In this document: one piece after another, positions 39,224 through 49,088 of the stretch
Numbering within the stretch: position 1 is the first letter of the stretch
Layout: each line of letters starts with the position of its first letter
DNA from: Deltaproteobacteria bacterium
GTDB lineage: Bacteria; Desulfobacterota; Desulfomonilia; UBA1062
Assembly (NCBI GenBank): GCA_015486075.1
Contig: WFSG01000012.1
Coordinates: forward strand, 21,096 to 85,095
Length of the DNA stretch: 64,000 nucleotides
Reading direction: 5' to 3'
Notes under the pieces: generated by a model
What the model saw: only the letters and a program-made list of their open reading frames with translations
What the model was told of the DNA's origin: nothing
Databases searched by the model: none
Made by a program: the position numbers and the translations under genes

Positions 39224-41500
39224 GTGTTAAAGAGGGTCAGATTTTTGTTTACCGGTATTGTGCAGGGCGTGGGTTTTCGTCCTTTCATATATAGGCTAGC
39301 TCACAGGTATTCCTTGAGTGGCTTTGTGCAAAATCGCTCGGACGGGGTGGTAGTGGAGGTTGAAGGTGATGCTGGGGACATAGAAGTGTTCCTTGAGCAC
39401 GTAAGTCAGGAGCTTCCCCTTGTGGCTAGCGTATCCGGCATAAGGTCCGAAGATCTTGAGACAACGGGAGACCGTGGTTTCAGGGTCATAACGAGTGAAA
39501 AAACAGATGCAATGGAGGTGCATATATCCCCTGACATAGCAACTTGTGAAAAGTGTTTAAAAGAGCTTTTTGATCCGGAAGACAGGAGGTTTCGTTATGC
39601 CTTTATAAATTGTACAAACTGCGGGCCAAGGTTAACCATAATAAAAGACATACCTTACGACAGGGAGAATACCTCCATGGAATGTTTTCCCATGTGTAAA
39701 GAATGCAGCAGGGAATACAGTGACCCCTTGGACAGGCGCTTTCACGCCGAACCCAATGCATGTCCTGAGTGCGGACCCCAACTATGGCTTTTGGATTCAT
39801 CGGGTAGAAAAATAGATACACCAGATCCCGTAGAGAGGGCGGTTGACCTCATATCAGAAGGGTACATACTAGCCATAAAGGGGCTTGGCGGATTTCACCT
39901 GAGTGTCGATGCCGGCAATGACGAAGCAGTAAAGAGACTTAGGGATAGGAAATTTAGGGAAGAAAAACCGCTTGCAGTCATGGTCAAGGACGTGACACAT
40001 GCCAGGCTTGTCTCTGAGGTGGGCCAAGTGGAAGAAAGGATCCTAAGATCGCCTGAGAGGCCCATTGTTTTGCTTAGAAAGAAAAATGGCATATTGAGCC
40101 CATATATTGCACCGGGCATGTATACCTATGGTATAATGCTTCCTTATACACCCCTGCATCACCTTCTCCTTGAAAAGCGGTTCAACGCACTTGTGATGAC
40201 GAGTGCCAACCACAAGGATGAGCCCATATGCACTGGGAACAGGGAGGCCCTGGATAGGCTGAATGGCATAGCTGACTTTTTCCTCGTCCATAACAGGGAT
40301 ATACTTGTAAGGTGTGATGATTCCATTGTTTTTGTCCCTTCCAGCGGCATGAGCCTTGTAAGGCGCTCCAGGGGATTCTCACCGAGACCCATCAGGATCT
40401 CTGAACCGCTTCCAGGGGTTCTTGCACTTGGTGGCCACATGAAAACGAGCGTGTGTGTACTTAAACATGACATGGCATTCTTGAGTCCTCACGTTGGTGA
40501 CCTCGAGACCCCGCTTGCGCGCGATTTCCTTTTCAAGAGCATATCTCTTATGGAGAGAATAACAAGCACTAGGCCTGATTGCGTGGCATCCGACCTACAT
40601 CCAGATTATTATTCAACGAGGCTGGCACAGAAGCTGGGTAGGAGGCGTGTGGTACAGGTGCAGCATCACCATGCTCACATAGTTAGCTGCATGGCAGAGA
40701 ACATGGTATCAGGCAGTGTCATAGGCATAGCCATGGACGGTACAGGCTATGGTACGGACGGTGCCGTGTGGGGAGGCGAGTTTCTCCTGTGTGATGAGGC
40801 CTCGTTTCAGAGGGCTGGGCATATAGGGTATTTCGTTCTGCCTGGAGGTGAGAGGGCGGTAAAAGAACCTTGGAGGGTGGCCTTGAGCCTGCTAAGAGAG
40901 GCGTTTGGCAGATCGTGGAAGGAGATTGCAACAGGACTCTCCCTCGTGGAAGACTCATCTCTATTACCAGTGCTCGAGGCCGTTATTGAAAGAAGGATAA
41001 ACAGTCCACAAACATCCAGCCTTGGGAGGTTGTTTGATGGCATTGCAGCTATTGTAGGGTTAAGGAGAAAGGTCAGCTTCGAAGGACAGGCCGCCATGGA
41101 GCTCGAGGCCCTTGCAAGGCTATCAGAGGGCATTGAGCTTGGTTACGGCATAGTGAGTCAAGGTGACAAGCTGATCCTTGACCTGCTACCAACTGTAAGG
41201 GAGATTGCCAAGGGCATGTTGGAAGGGATCCCCAGGGAATTTCTAGCCAGGTCCTTTCACGAAACACTCATAAGCGCCTTTGCGGATATGGCCCTGAGTC
41301 TTGCAGCCTCAACCGGGCTGGGCAGGGTGGTCTTGAGCGGTGGCTGTTTCCAGAACAGGATACTTGTAGAAGGCCTGATGGATAGGCTGACAGGAAAGGG
41401 CGTGGATGTTTTCTTTCACCACTTGATACCCACCAACGACGGTGGTATCTCGCTCGGCCAGGCAGTTTGCGCTGGGTACAGGATAAAGAACAAAGCATGA
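39224..41500 (+). CDS. hypF: Carbamoyltransferase HypF
   Basis: GIVQGVGFRPF acylphosphatase domain, CxxC zinc fingers, KGLGGFHL, QHHHAH, PTNDGGISLGQ; probable GTG start at 39224. Confidence 0.97.
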   Translation: MLKRVRFLFTGIVQGVGFRPFIYRLAHRYSLSGFVQNRSDGVVVEVEGDAGDIEVFLEHVSQELPLVASVSGIRSEDLETTGDRGFRVITSEKTDAMEVHISPDIATCEKCLKELFDPEDRRFRYAFINCTNCGPRLTIIKDIPYDRENTSMECFPMCKECSREYSDPLDRRFHAEPNACPECGPQLWLLDSSGRKIDTPDPVERAVDLISEGYILAIKGLGGFHLSVDAGNDEAVKRLRDRKFREEKPLAVMVKDVTHARLVSEVGQVEERILRSPERPIVLLRKKNGILSPYIAPGMYTYGIMLPYTPLHHLLLEKRFNALVMTSANHKDEPICTGNREALDRLNGIADFFLVHNRDILVRCDDSIVFVPSSGMSLVRRSRGFSPRPIRISEPLPGVLALGGHMKTSVCVLKHDMAFLSPHVGDLETPLARDFLFKSISLMERITSTRPDCVASDLHPDYYSTRLAQKLGRRRVVQVQHHHAHIVSCMAENMVSGSVIGIAMDGTGYGTDGAVWGGEFLLCDEASFQRAGHIGYFVLPGGERAVKEPWRVALSLLREAFGRSWKEIATGLSLVEDSSLLPVLEAVIERRINSPQTSSLGRLFDGIAAIVGLRRKVSFEGQAAMELEALARLSEGIELGYGIVSQGDKLILDLLPTVREIAKGMLEGIPREFLARSFHETLISAFADMALSLAASTGLGRVVLSGGCFQNRILVEGLMDRLTGKGVDVFFHHLIPTNDGGISLGQAVCAGYRIKNKA

Positions 41501-41513
41501 GGGGTAATAACGT

Positions 41514-42521
41514 ATGAAGTATGACAAGGTTCTCTTGGGACATGGCAGTGGTGGCTTGCTTACGAACGAGCTGGTGAGAGATGTGTTTCTTCCAGTGTTC
41601 AGCAACCCGTACCTGGATAGGCTCGAGGACGGCGCCGTGTTTGATGTGGAGGGAAACAGGTTATGCTTCTCCACGGATTCCTATGTGGTGAACCCCGTTA
41701 TCTTTCCAGGGGGAGATATAGGCTCGCTTGCCGTGCACGGTACAGTGAATGATATAGCCATGTGCGGGGCAAGGCCCCTTTTTTTAAGCGTTGCCCTGAT
41801 AATAGAGGAAGGGCTTGACATGGGCCTACTCAAGGACATTGCACTGTCCATATCAAAGGCAGCAGCCAGTGCCGGGGTCCAGGTGGTAACAGGAGATACA
41901 AAGGTGGTTCACAGGGGCTCTGCAGACGGGATATTCATAAATACCTCGGGCATAGGCATTATAAACTACGCCGGCAATGTCTCTGTAAAGAGCGTTAAGC
42001 CAGGTGACGTGGTTATACTGAATGGCCCGGTGGGAGATCACGGTGCAGCAATACTTGCAAAGAGGGAAGAACTGATGCTTGAGTCTGACATAGTGTCTGA
42101 CTCTGCACCACTAAACCACCTGGTAGAGGTAATATTGAACTCTAGTCCTAATATACATTGCATGAGGGATGCAACACGTGGTGGTCTTGGCTCCATACTG
42201 GTGGAGATAGCAGAGATGGCAGGTGTATCAATTACCATTGAGGAAAAGGATATACCTGTAAGGGATAGTGTGAGGGGGGTATGCGAGATCCTGGGCCTGG
42301 ACCCGCTTTTTCTGGCCAACGAAGGCAAGATGGTAGTCTTCTGCCCTGAGGAAGACGCTGACAAAGTTCTGGATGCCATGAGGATGCACGAATATGGGAA
42401 GGACTCTGCTGTCATTGGAAGGGTAGGGGCTGGAAGACCAGGGCTCAGGATGGGCACGCTGATCGGCGGAGAAAGGGAGATAGACCTGCCTACAGGGGAG
42501 CTGGTGCCAAGGATATGCTGA
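41514..42521 (+). CDS. hypE: Hydrogenase expression/formation protein HypE
   Basis: HGSGG, FPGGDIGSLAVHGTVND, RDATRGG, ANEGK, C-terminal PRIC. Confidence 0.98.
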   Translation: MKYDKVLLGHGSGGLLTNELVRDVFLPVFSNPYLDRLEDGAVFDVEGNRLCFSTDSYVVNPVIFPGGDIGSLAVHGTVNDIAMCGARPLFLSVALIIEEGLDMGLLKDIALSISKAAASAGVQVVTGDTKVVHRGSADGIFINTSGIGIINYAGNVSVKSVKPGDVVILNGPVGDHGAAILAKREELMLESDIVSDSAPLNHLVEVILNSSPNIHCMRDATRGGLGSILVEIAEMAGVSITIEEKDIPVRDSVRGVCEILGLDPLFLANEGKMVVFCPEEDADKVLDAMRMHEYGKDSAVIGRVGAGRPGLRMGTLIGGEREIDLPTGELVPRIC

Positions 42522-42702
42522 TACCCAAAGGCACCTAGGGCTCCCGGGCCTGTAAGATTCATGGGCAACCGGTATTTACTTGAATTACATGGTTATCTTT
42601 AATAGTATTATGTTTACAAGTCCTTGGCATTTGCACCATGCGCAAGGGTGAGGCGAGATTTATGTACAAAACCTTATTCAGGTGTTTAAGAAGGAGATCC
42701 AG

Positions 42703-43677
42703 ATGAAGAAACATGGCTTGGGCTTTACCGTCTTACTCCTCCTCCTTCCCCTGGCAGTTAGTACTGGCTGCGGGCTATTCGTACGTCATATCCCCGAGGG
42801 CAAGATTCTTAACCAGACAAGCAAGGATCATTTCGTGAGGATAGGTAGTGTGAATTACCACTACGTTGAGTATCCGGCTGATGGGGAGGATGTGTTTCTG
42901 CTGCACGGGTATGCTTCATCCACCTATACATGGGAAAAAGTAGCACCCATACTCAACAAGGCTGGCTTGCACGTCTGGGCGCTTGACATGAAGGGCTTTG
43001 GCTGGTCTGACAAACCTAGGGATGCAAAGTATGATCCTGTTTCCCTGATGGAGGACGTCAATGACTGGATGGACTATATGGGCTTGAGCAAGGTTACTTT
43101 CGTAGGAAATTCCCTGGGTGGTGGTATTGCCTTCATGATGGCCATTGACCATCCAGACAAGGTGAAGAGACTGGTCTTGATTGATCCGGCAATATATCCC
43201 CAGAAGCCTCCCCTGGTTATAAGGATGTCCACCTGGCCGGGTGCAGTCTTTACCTCAAAACTCATATTTGGGCGGTGGATGATAAGGATGAATCTACATC
43301 AGGTGTATTATCACAGGGATTGGGTTACAAAGGAACAGGTTAATGCATATTACGACAGGTTGCGGACAGAGAATGCCCTTTATGCCACCATAGCGGTTGC
43401 CAGAGCCATAGTTGAGACCAATCCAGTAACCATCGAGAAATATGCAGAGAAAATGCATGAGATGAAAACTCATACCCTCCTAATATGGGGTGGCGAAGAC
43501 AGGTGGATACCGATAAAAAACGGCTACAGGCTGAAGAAAGACCTGCCGAATGCGATTCTTGCCGTCATTCCAGAGTGTGGCCATATACCCCAGGAAGAGA
43601 AACCGGCCGAGACTGCAACCCTTATAAAGGATTTCATTATGGGTAAGCCCATAAAAGAAGCGCCGATACCAGGGTAA
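42703..43677 (+). CDS. Alpha/beta-fold hydrolase lipoprotein
   Basis: Lipobox STGC; LLHGY, DMKGFGWSD, GNSLGG nucleophile elbow, WGGED, GHIPQEE; AAGGAG RBS. Confidence 0.9.
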   Translation: MKKHGLGFTVLLLLLPLAVSTGCGLFVRHIPEGKILNQTSKDHFVRIGSVNYHYVEYPADGEDVFLLHGYASSTYTWEKVAPILNKAGLHVWALDMKGFGWSDKPRDAKYDPVSLMEDVNDWMDYMGLSKVTFVGNSLGGGIAFMMAIDHPDKVKRLVLIDPAIYPQKPPLVIRMSTWPGAVFTSKLIFGRWMIRMNLHQVYYHRDWVTKEQVNAYYDRLRTENALYATIAVARAIVETNPVTIEKYAEKMHEMKTHTLLIWGGEDRWIPIKNGYRLKKDLPNAILAVIPECGHIPQEEKPAETATLIKDFIMGKPIKEAPIPG

Positions 43678-43714
43678 GCTATAAGGTGCAAGGTGTGGTT
43701 ACAAGGCGTAAGAC
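43674..43714 (+). repeat. Degenerate heptamer repeat (same family as 3002)
   Basis: gtaagct ataaggt gcaaggt gtggtt acaaggc gtaagac directly after the stop codon. Confidence 0.4.
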
Positions 43715-44012
43715 TCAAAAGTTATTAATCTTCAGCGGCCAGATGACAGCAAGCAAGTTGTAAGAGTCAAAATTGTTACGTGTACCAAGTAACTTGGTTC
43801 AAGCTGGAGAACACGCATACGGTGTTGGTCGTAGGTTTAGCTGGTTTACAGGCAGACTAAAGGCCCGGCCATGGGTGGTTGACAGTAGCCCCAAGGACCC
43901 GGCGCTTTAAACCTTTGTTTTTGGACTAATAGTTGAAACGTAAACAGATCAGAGAGCTAGGTATAGAAAAACATGTCCTGCTTTGGCTCCTGATGGCTAG
44001 GAGAGGGCGTTG

Positions 44013-44759
44013 ATGCTTAAAAAGGTAATGTCAATGGAAAAACAGGATCAGGAAGGTCTGGTAGAATGTGTTGTTGATGGCTTCAGGAGGATACTGGTAC
44101 ATTACGGCCTGTGGTTCTCAGAGGTGGCTCACCAGCTAGGCTTTGAGAATGCCTGCAGCATAGAGGACGATGTATGGAACAAGAGCCTTGGTATACAGAT
44201 GAAGCGTTTAGGCGACTTGCTCGGTTTCGAGGTAGATGCCAAAGGTATTCCTATATCTCTAAAAAAGTTATCTCCCGGTGAATTATTCGAAGTTATGAGG
44301 GCATTGGGTATTAATTGGCTTGCAAATGACGGTGTATGGTTCCAGGCGGTAGAGACATCGATAGATCTGTTTACTGCAAAGAGGTGCAATGACACGTGCT
44401 GGACCAGGTTCTCGCCTTATGAAGCCTTGAGAATAAAGAGGTTATTAGATTTGCCGCAACAGGGTGGTATATCGGCACTCCGGCAGGCACTTGGGTACAG
44501 GATGTACTCAAGGATAAATAAACAGTCCTTCGAAGAAGTGGATGATAAAACACTCGTATTCAAAATGGTTGACTGTAGGGTTCAAGCGGCCAGGAAAAGA
44601 AGGGGATTGCCTGACTATCCCTGCAAGTCCGCTGGCATAGTGGAATACAGCACGTTTGCCTCTACCATTGATTCCAGGACAAGGACAGAATGCATTGCAT
44701 GCCCACCTGATGATCATCCTGAGGAATGGTACTGCGCATGGAGGTTTACAGTAGGTTGA
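44013..44759 (+). CDS. DUF6125-family protein
   Basis: HYGLWFSEV / WLANDGVWFQAVE repeat; CRVQAARKRRGLPDYPCKSAG; CIACPPDDHPEEWYCAWRF. Confidence 0.8.
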   Translation: MLKKVMSMEKQDQEGLVECVVDGFRRILVHYGLWFSEVAHQLGFENACSIEDDVWNKSLGIQMKRLGDLLGFEVDAKGIPISLKKLSPGELFEVMRALGINWLANDGVWFQAVETSIDLFTAKRCNDTCWTRFSPYEALRIKRLLDLPQQGGISALRQALGYRMYSRINKQSFEEVDDKTLVFKMVDCRVQAARKRRGLPDYPCKSAGIVEYSTFASTIDSRTRTECIACPPDDHPEEWYCAWRFTVG

Positions 44760-44921
44760 GTGCCAGTGTTTAGAGAATGGCTGGCATCTCTCTGAACAAT
44801 ACGAAATATAGGGATATGACGTGCTTAATACTGGGGATCCTACATGTGATGCATTTTAATGCTTTGAATAAAGATGTAGATGGTGCTAGTGTTTTATACA
44901 TTATAGCATAGCAAAGGAGAA

Positions 44922-46013
44922 ATGCCCTTGGTCGATTACGGTAGAAGGGAATTAGTAAAGGTATTGCTTCATGTACCCCTATTAACCGTGATACCAGTAA
45001 GTGCGTTCGCCAGGACAGGTAGGTATATGCATTTCTACCTTCCTCCAAAACCGTTCGAGCTGAACGTAAAACATGGGGCAAAGAAAGGTGGGCGAATTCT
45101 CGTTATAGGTGGCATACATGGAAATGAACCCGGGGGATACAGGGCATCCGACATGCTCATGGATGTGGACGTTACCAAAGGCAGCCTGCTCATTGTCCCA
45201 AGATCGAACTTTACGTCTATACTGGCTTTCAAGAGAGGGTATAATGGGGACATGAACAGGAAGTTTGCAGGTATAGGAAAGGATGATCCCGACCTTATTC
45301 AGGTGCAGCGTATCAAACAGGTAATAAGAGACTTCAAGCCGGACGTGCTCCTTTCGCTGCACGACGGATACGGTTTCAACAGCATCGACACCAGATACTG
45401 GGGACAATCTGTTGTAATAGATGCCGAGAGGTTCTTAGGGTTTGAACTGGGCGATGTGGCAAGGCAAGTGGCATCTGCCGTTAATAGAAAGATAAAGGTA
45501 AAGAAGTGGCACATTCCTGTACTCAATACCAGGACATTTGATAGAGATACTCACCACCCAGAGCAGAGGAGGTCACTTACCTTCTTTACCCTTACCCAGT
45601 GCCACACAAGGGCCTTCTGCTTGGAGGTCTCAAAGCAGCTACCTAATCTCAAGATAAAAGTCAGGCATCATCTGCTTATGTTAAAAGAATTCTTCAGCAT
45701 ATTTAACGTTGAGATCTCGCCTGACTTTGATACCCTTATCTCGGGTCTTGGACTAAATCATGTTAAGAAAGACGGTTTCTCGGTTGACATGGACATAAAC
45801 GGCAAGGAAGTCAATGTAGATGCAGGGTCCACAATAAGGGTTCCTTCTGCATCAGAGATAAAGATGCTTTCTATAAATGGACCAAGAGGCACTTTTATTG
45901 TTCCCTCAGGTGTTAACCTTAACTGGCAAAGGTTTTTTGTCAGGCATGACATGAGCTTTTTTATAAAGAGAGACTTTGAAAGGCTGGCTAGAATAAGGTT
46001 TGTAATCGCTTAA
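44922..46013 (+). CDS. M14/M99-type (Csd4-like) zinc carboxypeptidase, probable Tat substrate
   Basis: GRRELVK twin-arginine signal; GGIHGNEPGG, DMNRKF, LSLHDGYGF, WGQSVVID, AFCLEVSKQL. Confidence 0.82.
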   Translation: MPLVDYGRRELVKVLLHVPLLTVIPVSAFARTGRYMHFYLPPKPFELNVKHGAKKGGRILVIGGIHGNEPGGYRASDMLMDVDVTKGSLLIVPRSNFTSILAFKRGYNGDMNRKFAGIGKDDPDLIQVQRIKQVIRDFKPDVLLSLHDGYGFNSIDTRYWGQSVVIDAERFLGFELGDVARQVASAVNRKIKVKKWHIPVLNTRTFDRDTHHPEQRRSLTFFTLTQCHTRAFCLEVSKQLPNLKIKVRHHLLMLKEFFSIFNVEISPDFDTLISGLGLNHVKKDGFSVDMDINGKEVNVDAGSTIRVPSASEIKMLSINGPRGTFIVPSGVNLNWQRFFVRHDMSFFIKRDFERLARIRFVIA

Positions 46014-46069
46014 TACCTTCTTGCTGAAGTCCTCTTTAGGGCCGATCCCATTATGCCATACTTTTTCTG

Positions 46070-46125
46070 TTGACAGGTTTTTCGCGGTCTGGTATTTAAA
46101 CAAATAAACATATTGTTCATTTGTT
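46070..46125 (+). promoter_or_regulatory. Sigma70 promoter with downstream palindromic operator (probable TetR autoregulation)
   Basis: TTGACA(46070)-17 bp-TATTTA(46093); aacaaataaaca-tat-tgttcatttgtt (46099-46125), 11/12 inverted repeat. Confidence 0.7.
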
Positions 46126-46707
46126 ATAAAAAGAAAGGTCAAGATAAATCAGCTCTATGATGCATCCTTAAGGGTCTTTGCTCGTTATGGCTACAAGAAG
46201 GCCACGGTCGAGGATATAGCAAACGAGGTGGGCATGACCAAGGGTAACTTATACATTTACGTGAGGAATAAGGAGGATCTTTATGAGAAGGCTGTTGCCT
46301 ATGCACTTCTGAAGTGGCAGGCAAAGGTAAGAAGAGACGTGGACCTAGAACAGGATGCGGTGAGAAAGTTCGAGGTCATGTGCAAGAGGGCGTTTGAGTA
46401 CTTATCGAAGGATCAGGTGCTAAGGACAGTCTTGATGAACGACCCCAGCATATTTCCCATTACACCCAAGGAAGATCGGTTCTCGGAGATAAACAGTGCC
46501 TCGATGGACATGTTGAAAGGGGTCATTCTTGAAGGTATTGAGAAGGGTAGTTTCAGGAAGGTCGACGTTGACCATGTAACAGGGTTGCTATTTTCAATAT
46601 ACGTGATGTTCATCATCAAGGCCTACGTAAAGTCCGAGGGAAAGTCAGCAAGGGCTATGTTCGAGCAGGGCATTGACATTGTACTAAGGGGCCTTATGAG
46701 AAGATAA
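46126..46707 (+). CDS. TetR/AcrR-family regulator (no canonical start codon before the HTH; ATA at 46126 assumed)
   Basis: In-frame IKRKVKINQLYDASLRVFARYGYKKATVEDIANEVGMTKGNLYIYVRNKEDL; frame closed upstream by TAA at 46105. Confidence 0.85.
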   Translation: MKRKVKINQLYDASLRVFARYGYKKATVEDIANEVGMTKGNLYIYVRNKEDLYEKAVAYALLKWQAKVRRDVDLEQDAVRKFEVMCKRAFEYLSKDQVLRTVLMNDPSIFPITPKEDRFSEINSASMDMLKGVILEGIEKGSFRKVDVDHVTGLLFSIYVMFIIKAYVKSEGKSARAMFEQGIDIVLRGLMRR

Positions 46708-46760
46708 CCAAGTTACAGGGATGGTTGATTAAGCGGCCTAAAAAATAGAGGAGGTTACAC

Positions 46761-47162
46761 ATGGGAGAAAAACTTACATACCTAAGCCCTGAATGGTGCG
46801 AAGAAGTAAAGGCTAGGCTTGCAAGAGAGATAAGTCCGGAAAAGATGAAATACATAACCACGTCCATGACAAACGTCTATAGAAATTGCCCTGATGGCAG
46901 GGATAAGTACCTTTATTTCAAATGCGAGGACGGTGTTTTCACTGATGTGTTTGTCGGTGATGGTGAGCCGCCTAAAGCGGAATTCGTGATTACCGGCGAT
47001 TATAGCACTTTTGCCAGCATATCGCAGGGAAAGCTCAAGTCGCAGAGGGCACTCATGGGTGGGAAGCTGAAATTGAGAGGTAACATGGTAAAGGCGTTAA
47101 AGCTTGCATCTCTCGCTGATCGTCTTAATTTTGTTATAGCAGGCATCCCCACTGATTACTAG
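46761..47162 (+). CDS. SCP2 sterol/lipid-binding domain protein
   Basis: YLSPEW N-terminus; AEFVITGDYSTF...ALMGGKLKLRGNMVKAL; GAGGAGG RBS. Confidence 0.88.
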   Translation: MGEKLTYLSPEWCEEVKARLAREISPEKMKYITTSMTNVYRNCPDGRDKYLYFKCEDGVFTDVFVGDGEPPKAEFVITGDYSTFASISQGKLKSQRALMGGKLKLRGNMVKALKLASLADRLNFVIAGIPTDY

Positions 47163-47176
47163 TACAAAGGAGGCCT

Positions 47177-48409
47177 ATGATGGGTAATAAGCATACGGAT
47201 GAAAGGGATCCTTTTTACATAGATTATCCAGGTCGCATAGCCAACATACAGAAACTCATGGCCGAGCAGGATATAGATGCATACCTTGGCTCGCGTCTAA
47301 GGACACTATCATGGACCACGGATGCGTTCTGTCCTTGGAGGAGCTTTGTCATTATCCCTTCCGATGGTCTGCCAACGGTTTTTACGTTTGTGATTGATGC
47401 GGCAAGGGTTGCGGATGATTCGTGGCTTGATGAAGATCACGTACTGGGCTATGCCCCAATGGGAGGGATGGACCAGATATCGATCATATCAGACTTTATA
47501 AGAGATACGCTAGGTATAAAGCGTGGCAGGATAGGCGTGGAAAACGGCATGTCGAACTACCTGCCGGAAGGGAACCTCACTCACTACGAGTACGAACAAT
47601 TCAAGGCAGCCTTGCCAAGTTGCGAGCTCGTGGATGCGCACCAGATAATAGACAGGCTGTCCTTGATCAAGGACCAGGGTACCATAAACAGATTTAGAGA
47701 GGCATCTAGGATAGTGGACGAGGGGCACAAGGCCGTGAGGAATGCCCTTGAGAACGGTGGCTGGAGAGGAAAGACCGAGACAGAGATAGCGGGTATAGCG
47801 GCCCTTGCCATGAGAAAGGCAGGTAGCGAGTGGGAATGGTCCTTCACAGGTGGCAACGAGATAGCAAGCGGTTACAGGACCGGATTTGCAGGTGGTGCCT
47901 GTACCCCGGCAACCAGGAGGGAGATACAGCAGGGTGAGCCCCTTATGGTAGACATACATGCCATGTTCAAGCTTGGCCTTGGGGATCACAGCCATAATTA
48001 CTTCATAGGTACGGCAAGTGACAGGCAATGGTGGCATGCCAACAATTTCCTCGACATGGTAAGGCTAGTTCTGGATACTTACAGGGCTGGGATAACGCCT
48101 GTAGGACTTGCTGAGGAGATGATGGGTTTTGCCGAGGAAAGGGGGTTTGCAGAAAACATGGTGCCCGGTTTTGAACATGGTATAGGCATGATGGGAGATG
48201 AATGGCGCATAGGCCTCGGAGACGGCCCCATACCTTTTTGGACGAATCCAGAACACGTTTACCAGGACGGAGAGCTCATTATATGCGCCATGCAGTACGC
48301 ATGTCCCGATGAAAATATAGGTTTCAGGTACGAGAACCCCATAGTTATAAAAAAAGACGGTTGTGAACCCTTGTCCAAGTTTCCCCTTGACATAGAGGAG
48401 ATTCGCTAG
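47177..48409 (+). CDS. M24 (Xaa-Pro peptidase/creatinase fold) protein with divergent active site
   Basis: Creatinase-N-like domain, RLSLIKD, GKTETEIA, IASG, VDIH..GDHSHN, FEHGIG, GFRYENPIVI. Confidence 0.85.
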   Translation: MMGNKHTDERDPFYIDYPGRIANIQKLMAEQDIDAYLGSRLRTLSWTTDAFCPWRSFVIIPSDGLPTVFTFVIDAARVADDSWLDEDHVLGYAPMGGMDQISIISDFIRDTLGIKRGRIGVENGMSNYLPEGNLTHYEYEQFKAALPSCELVDAHQIIDRLSLIKDQGTINRFREASRIVDEGHKAVRNALENGGWRGKTETEIAGIAALAMRKAGSEWEWSFTGGNEIASGYRTGFAGGACTPATRREIQQGEPLMVDIHAMFKLGLGDHSHNYFIGTASDRQWWHANNFLDMVRLVLDTYRAGITPVGLAEEMMGFAEERGFAENMVPGFEHGIGMMGDEWRIGLGDGPIPFWTNPEHVYQDGELIICAMQYACPDENIGFRYENPIVIKKDGCEPLSKFPLDIEEIR

Positions 48410-48453
48410 GGTTCGGGAAATTAGAGCAATAAATAAGACTTAGGTAGGTGTCT

Positions 48454-49086
48454 ATGCCTGAATCAACCTTGCAGTCGTTAAGGATTTTAAGGGATCCCTC
48501 TTTCTTTCAGTGGCATTATGCGGTTCTCATTGCATTTGTCGCGTATGTATACGCCAACGAGATAGAGAGGAAAAACTGGGACGTGATCCTGGGTGCACTG
48601 GCCTTTTATGGCCTTGAGTGGTTCCTGGAGATCATGAATGGATTTGTGCTGCATTTTACAGGTTACTCGGCTGTGTGGACAACCACGGGGAGAACCATCT
48701 ACCAGTTGCTGCCAGGCCTTACCCTTGAGATAAGCATGATGTTCGCCGCTGTTGCTGTTATATTCTTGAAGCTGCTTCCTAAAGACAAGCACATGAAGAT
48801 CCTCGGGATCAACAACAGGGTCTTCTTCTGGATAACCAACTCTATATTCATGGTTATAATGGAGTGCATAGTCCACGCGTGGGGATACCTGATCTGGAAC
48901 TACTCATGGTGGAATTTCCCCAATGTATGGCTTATCATATTTATCGGCTATATGCCTTACTTCATGCTGTCTTTCTACGTCCATGACCATCCCAAGATAA
49001 AGGTAAAGATAGCTATAGTCAGCTCCTTATTTACGGTGGATCTTGTGTTATTCCTTGTATTTGCAATCGGACTGAGGTGGATGTAG
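48454..49086 (+). CDS. Conserved hypothetical integral membrane protein (paralog 1)
   Basis: About 6 TM segments; LRDPSFFQWH, EIERKNW, EIMNG..HFTG..VW, GLTLEISMMFA, KILGINNR. Confidence 0.8.
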   Translation: MPESTLQSLRILRDPSFFQWHYAVLIAFVAYVYANEIERKNWDVILGALAFYGLEWFLEIMNGFVLHFTGYSAVWTTTGRTIYQLLPGLTLEISMMFAAVAVIFLKLLPKDKHMKILGINNRVFFWITNSIFMVIMECIVHAWGYLIWNYSWWNFPNVWLIIFIGYMPYFMLSFYVHDHPKIKVKIAIVSSLFTVDLVLFLVFAIGLRWM

Positions 49087-49088
49087 CC

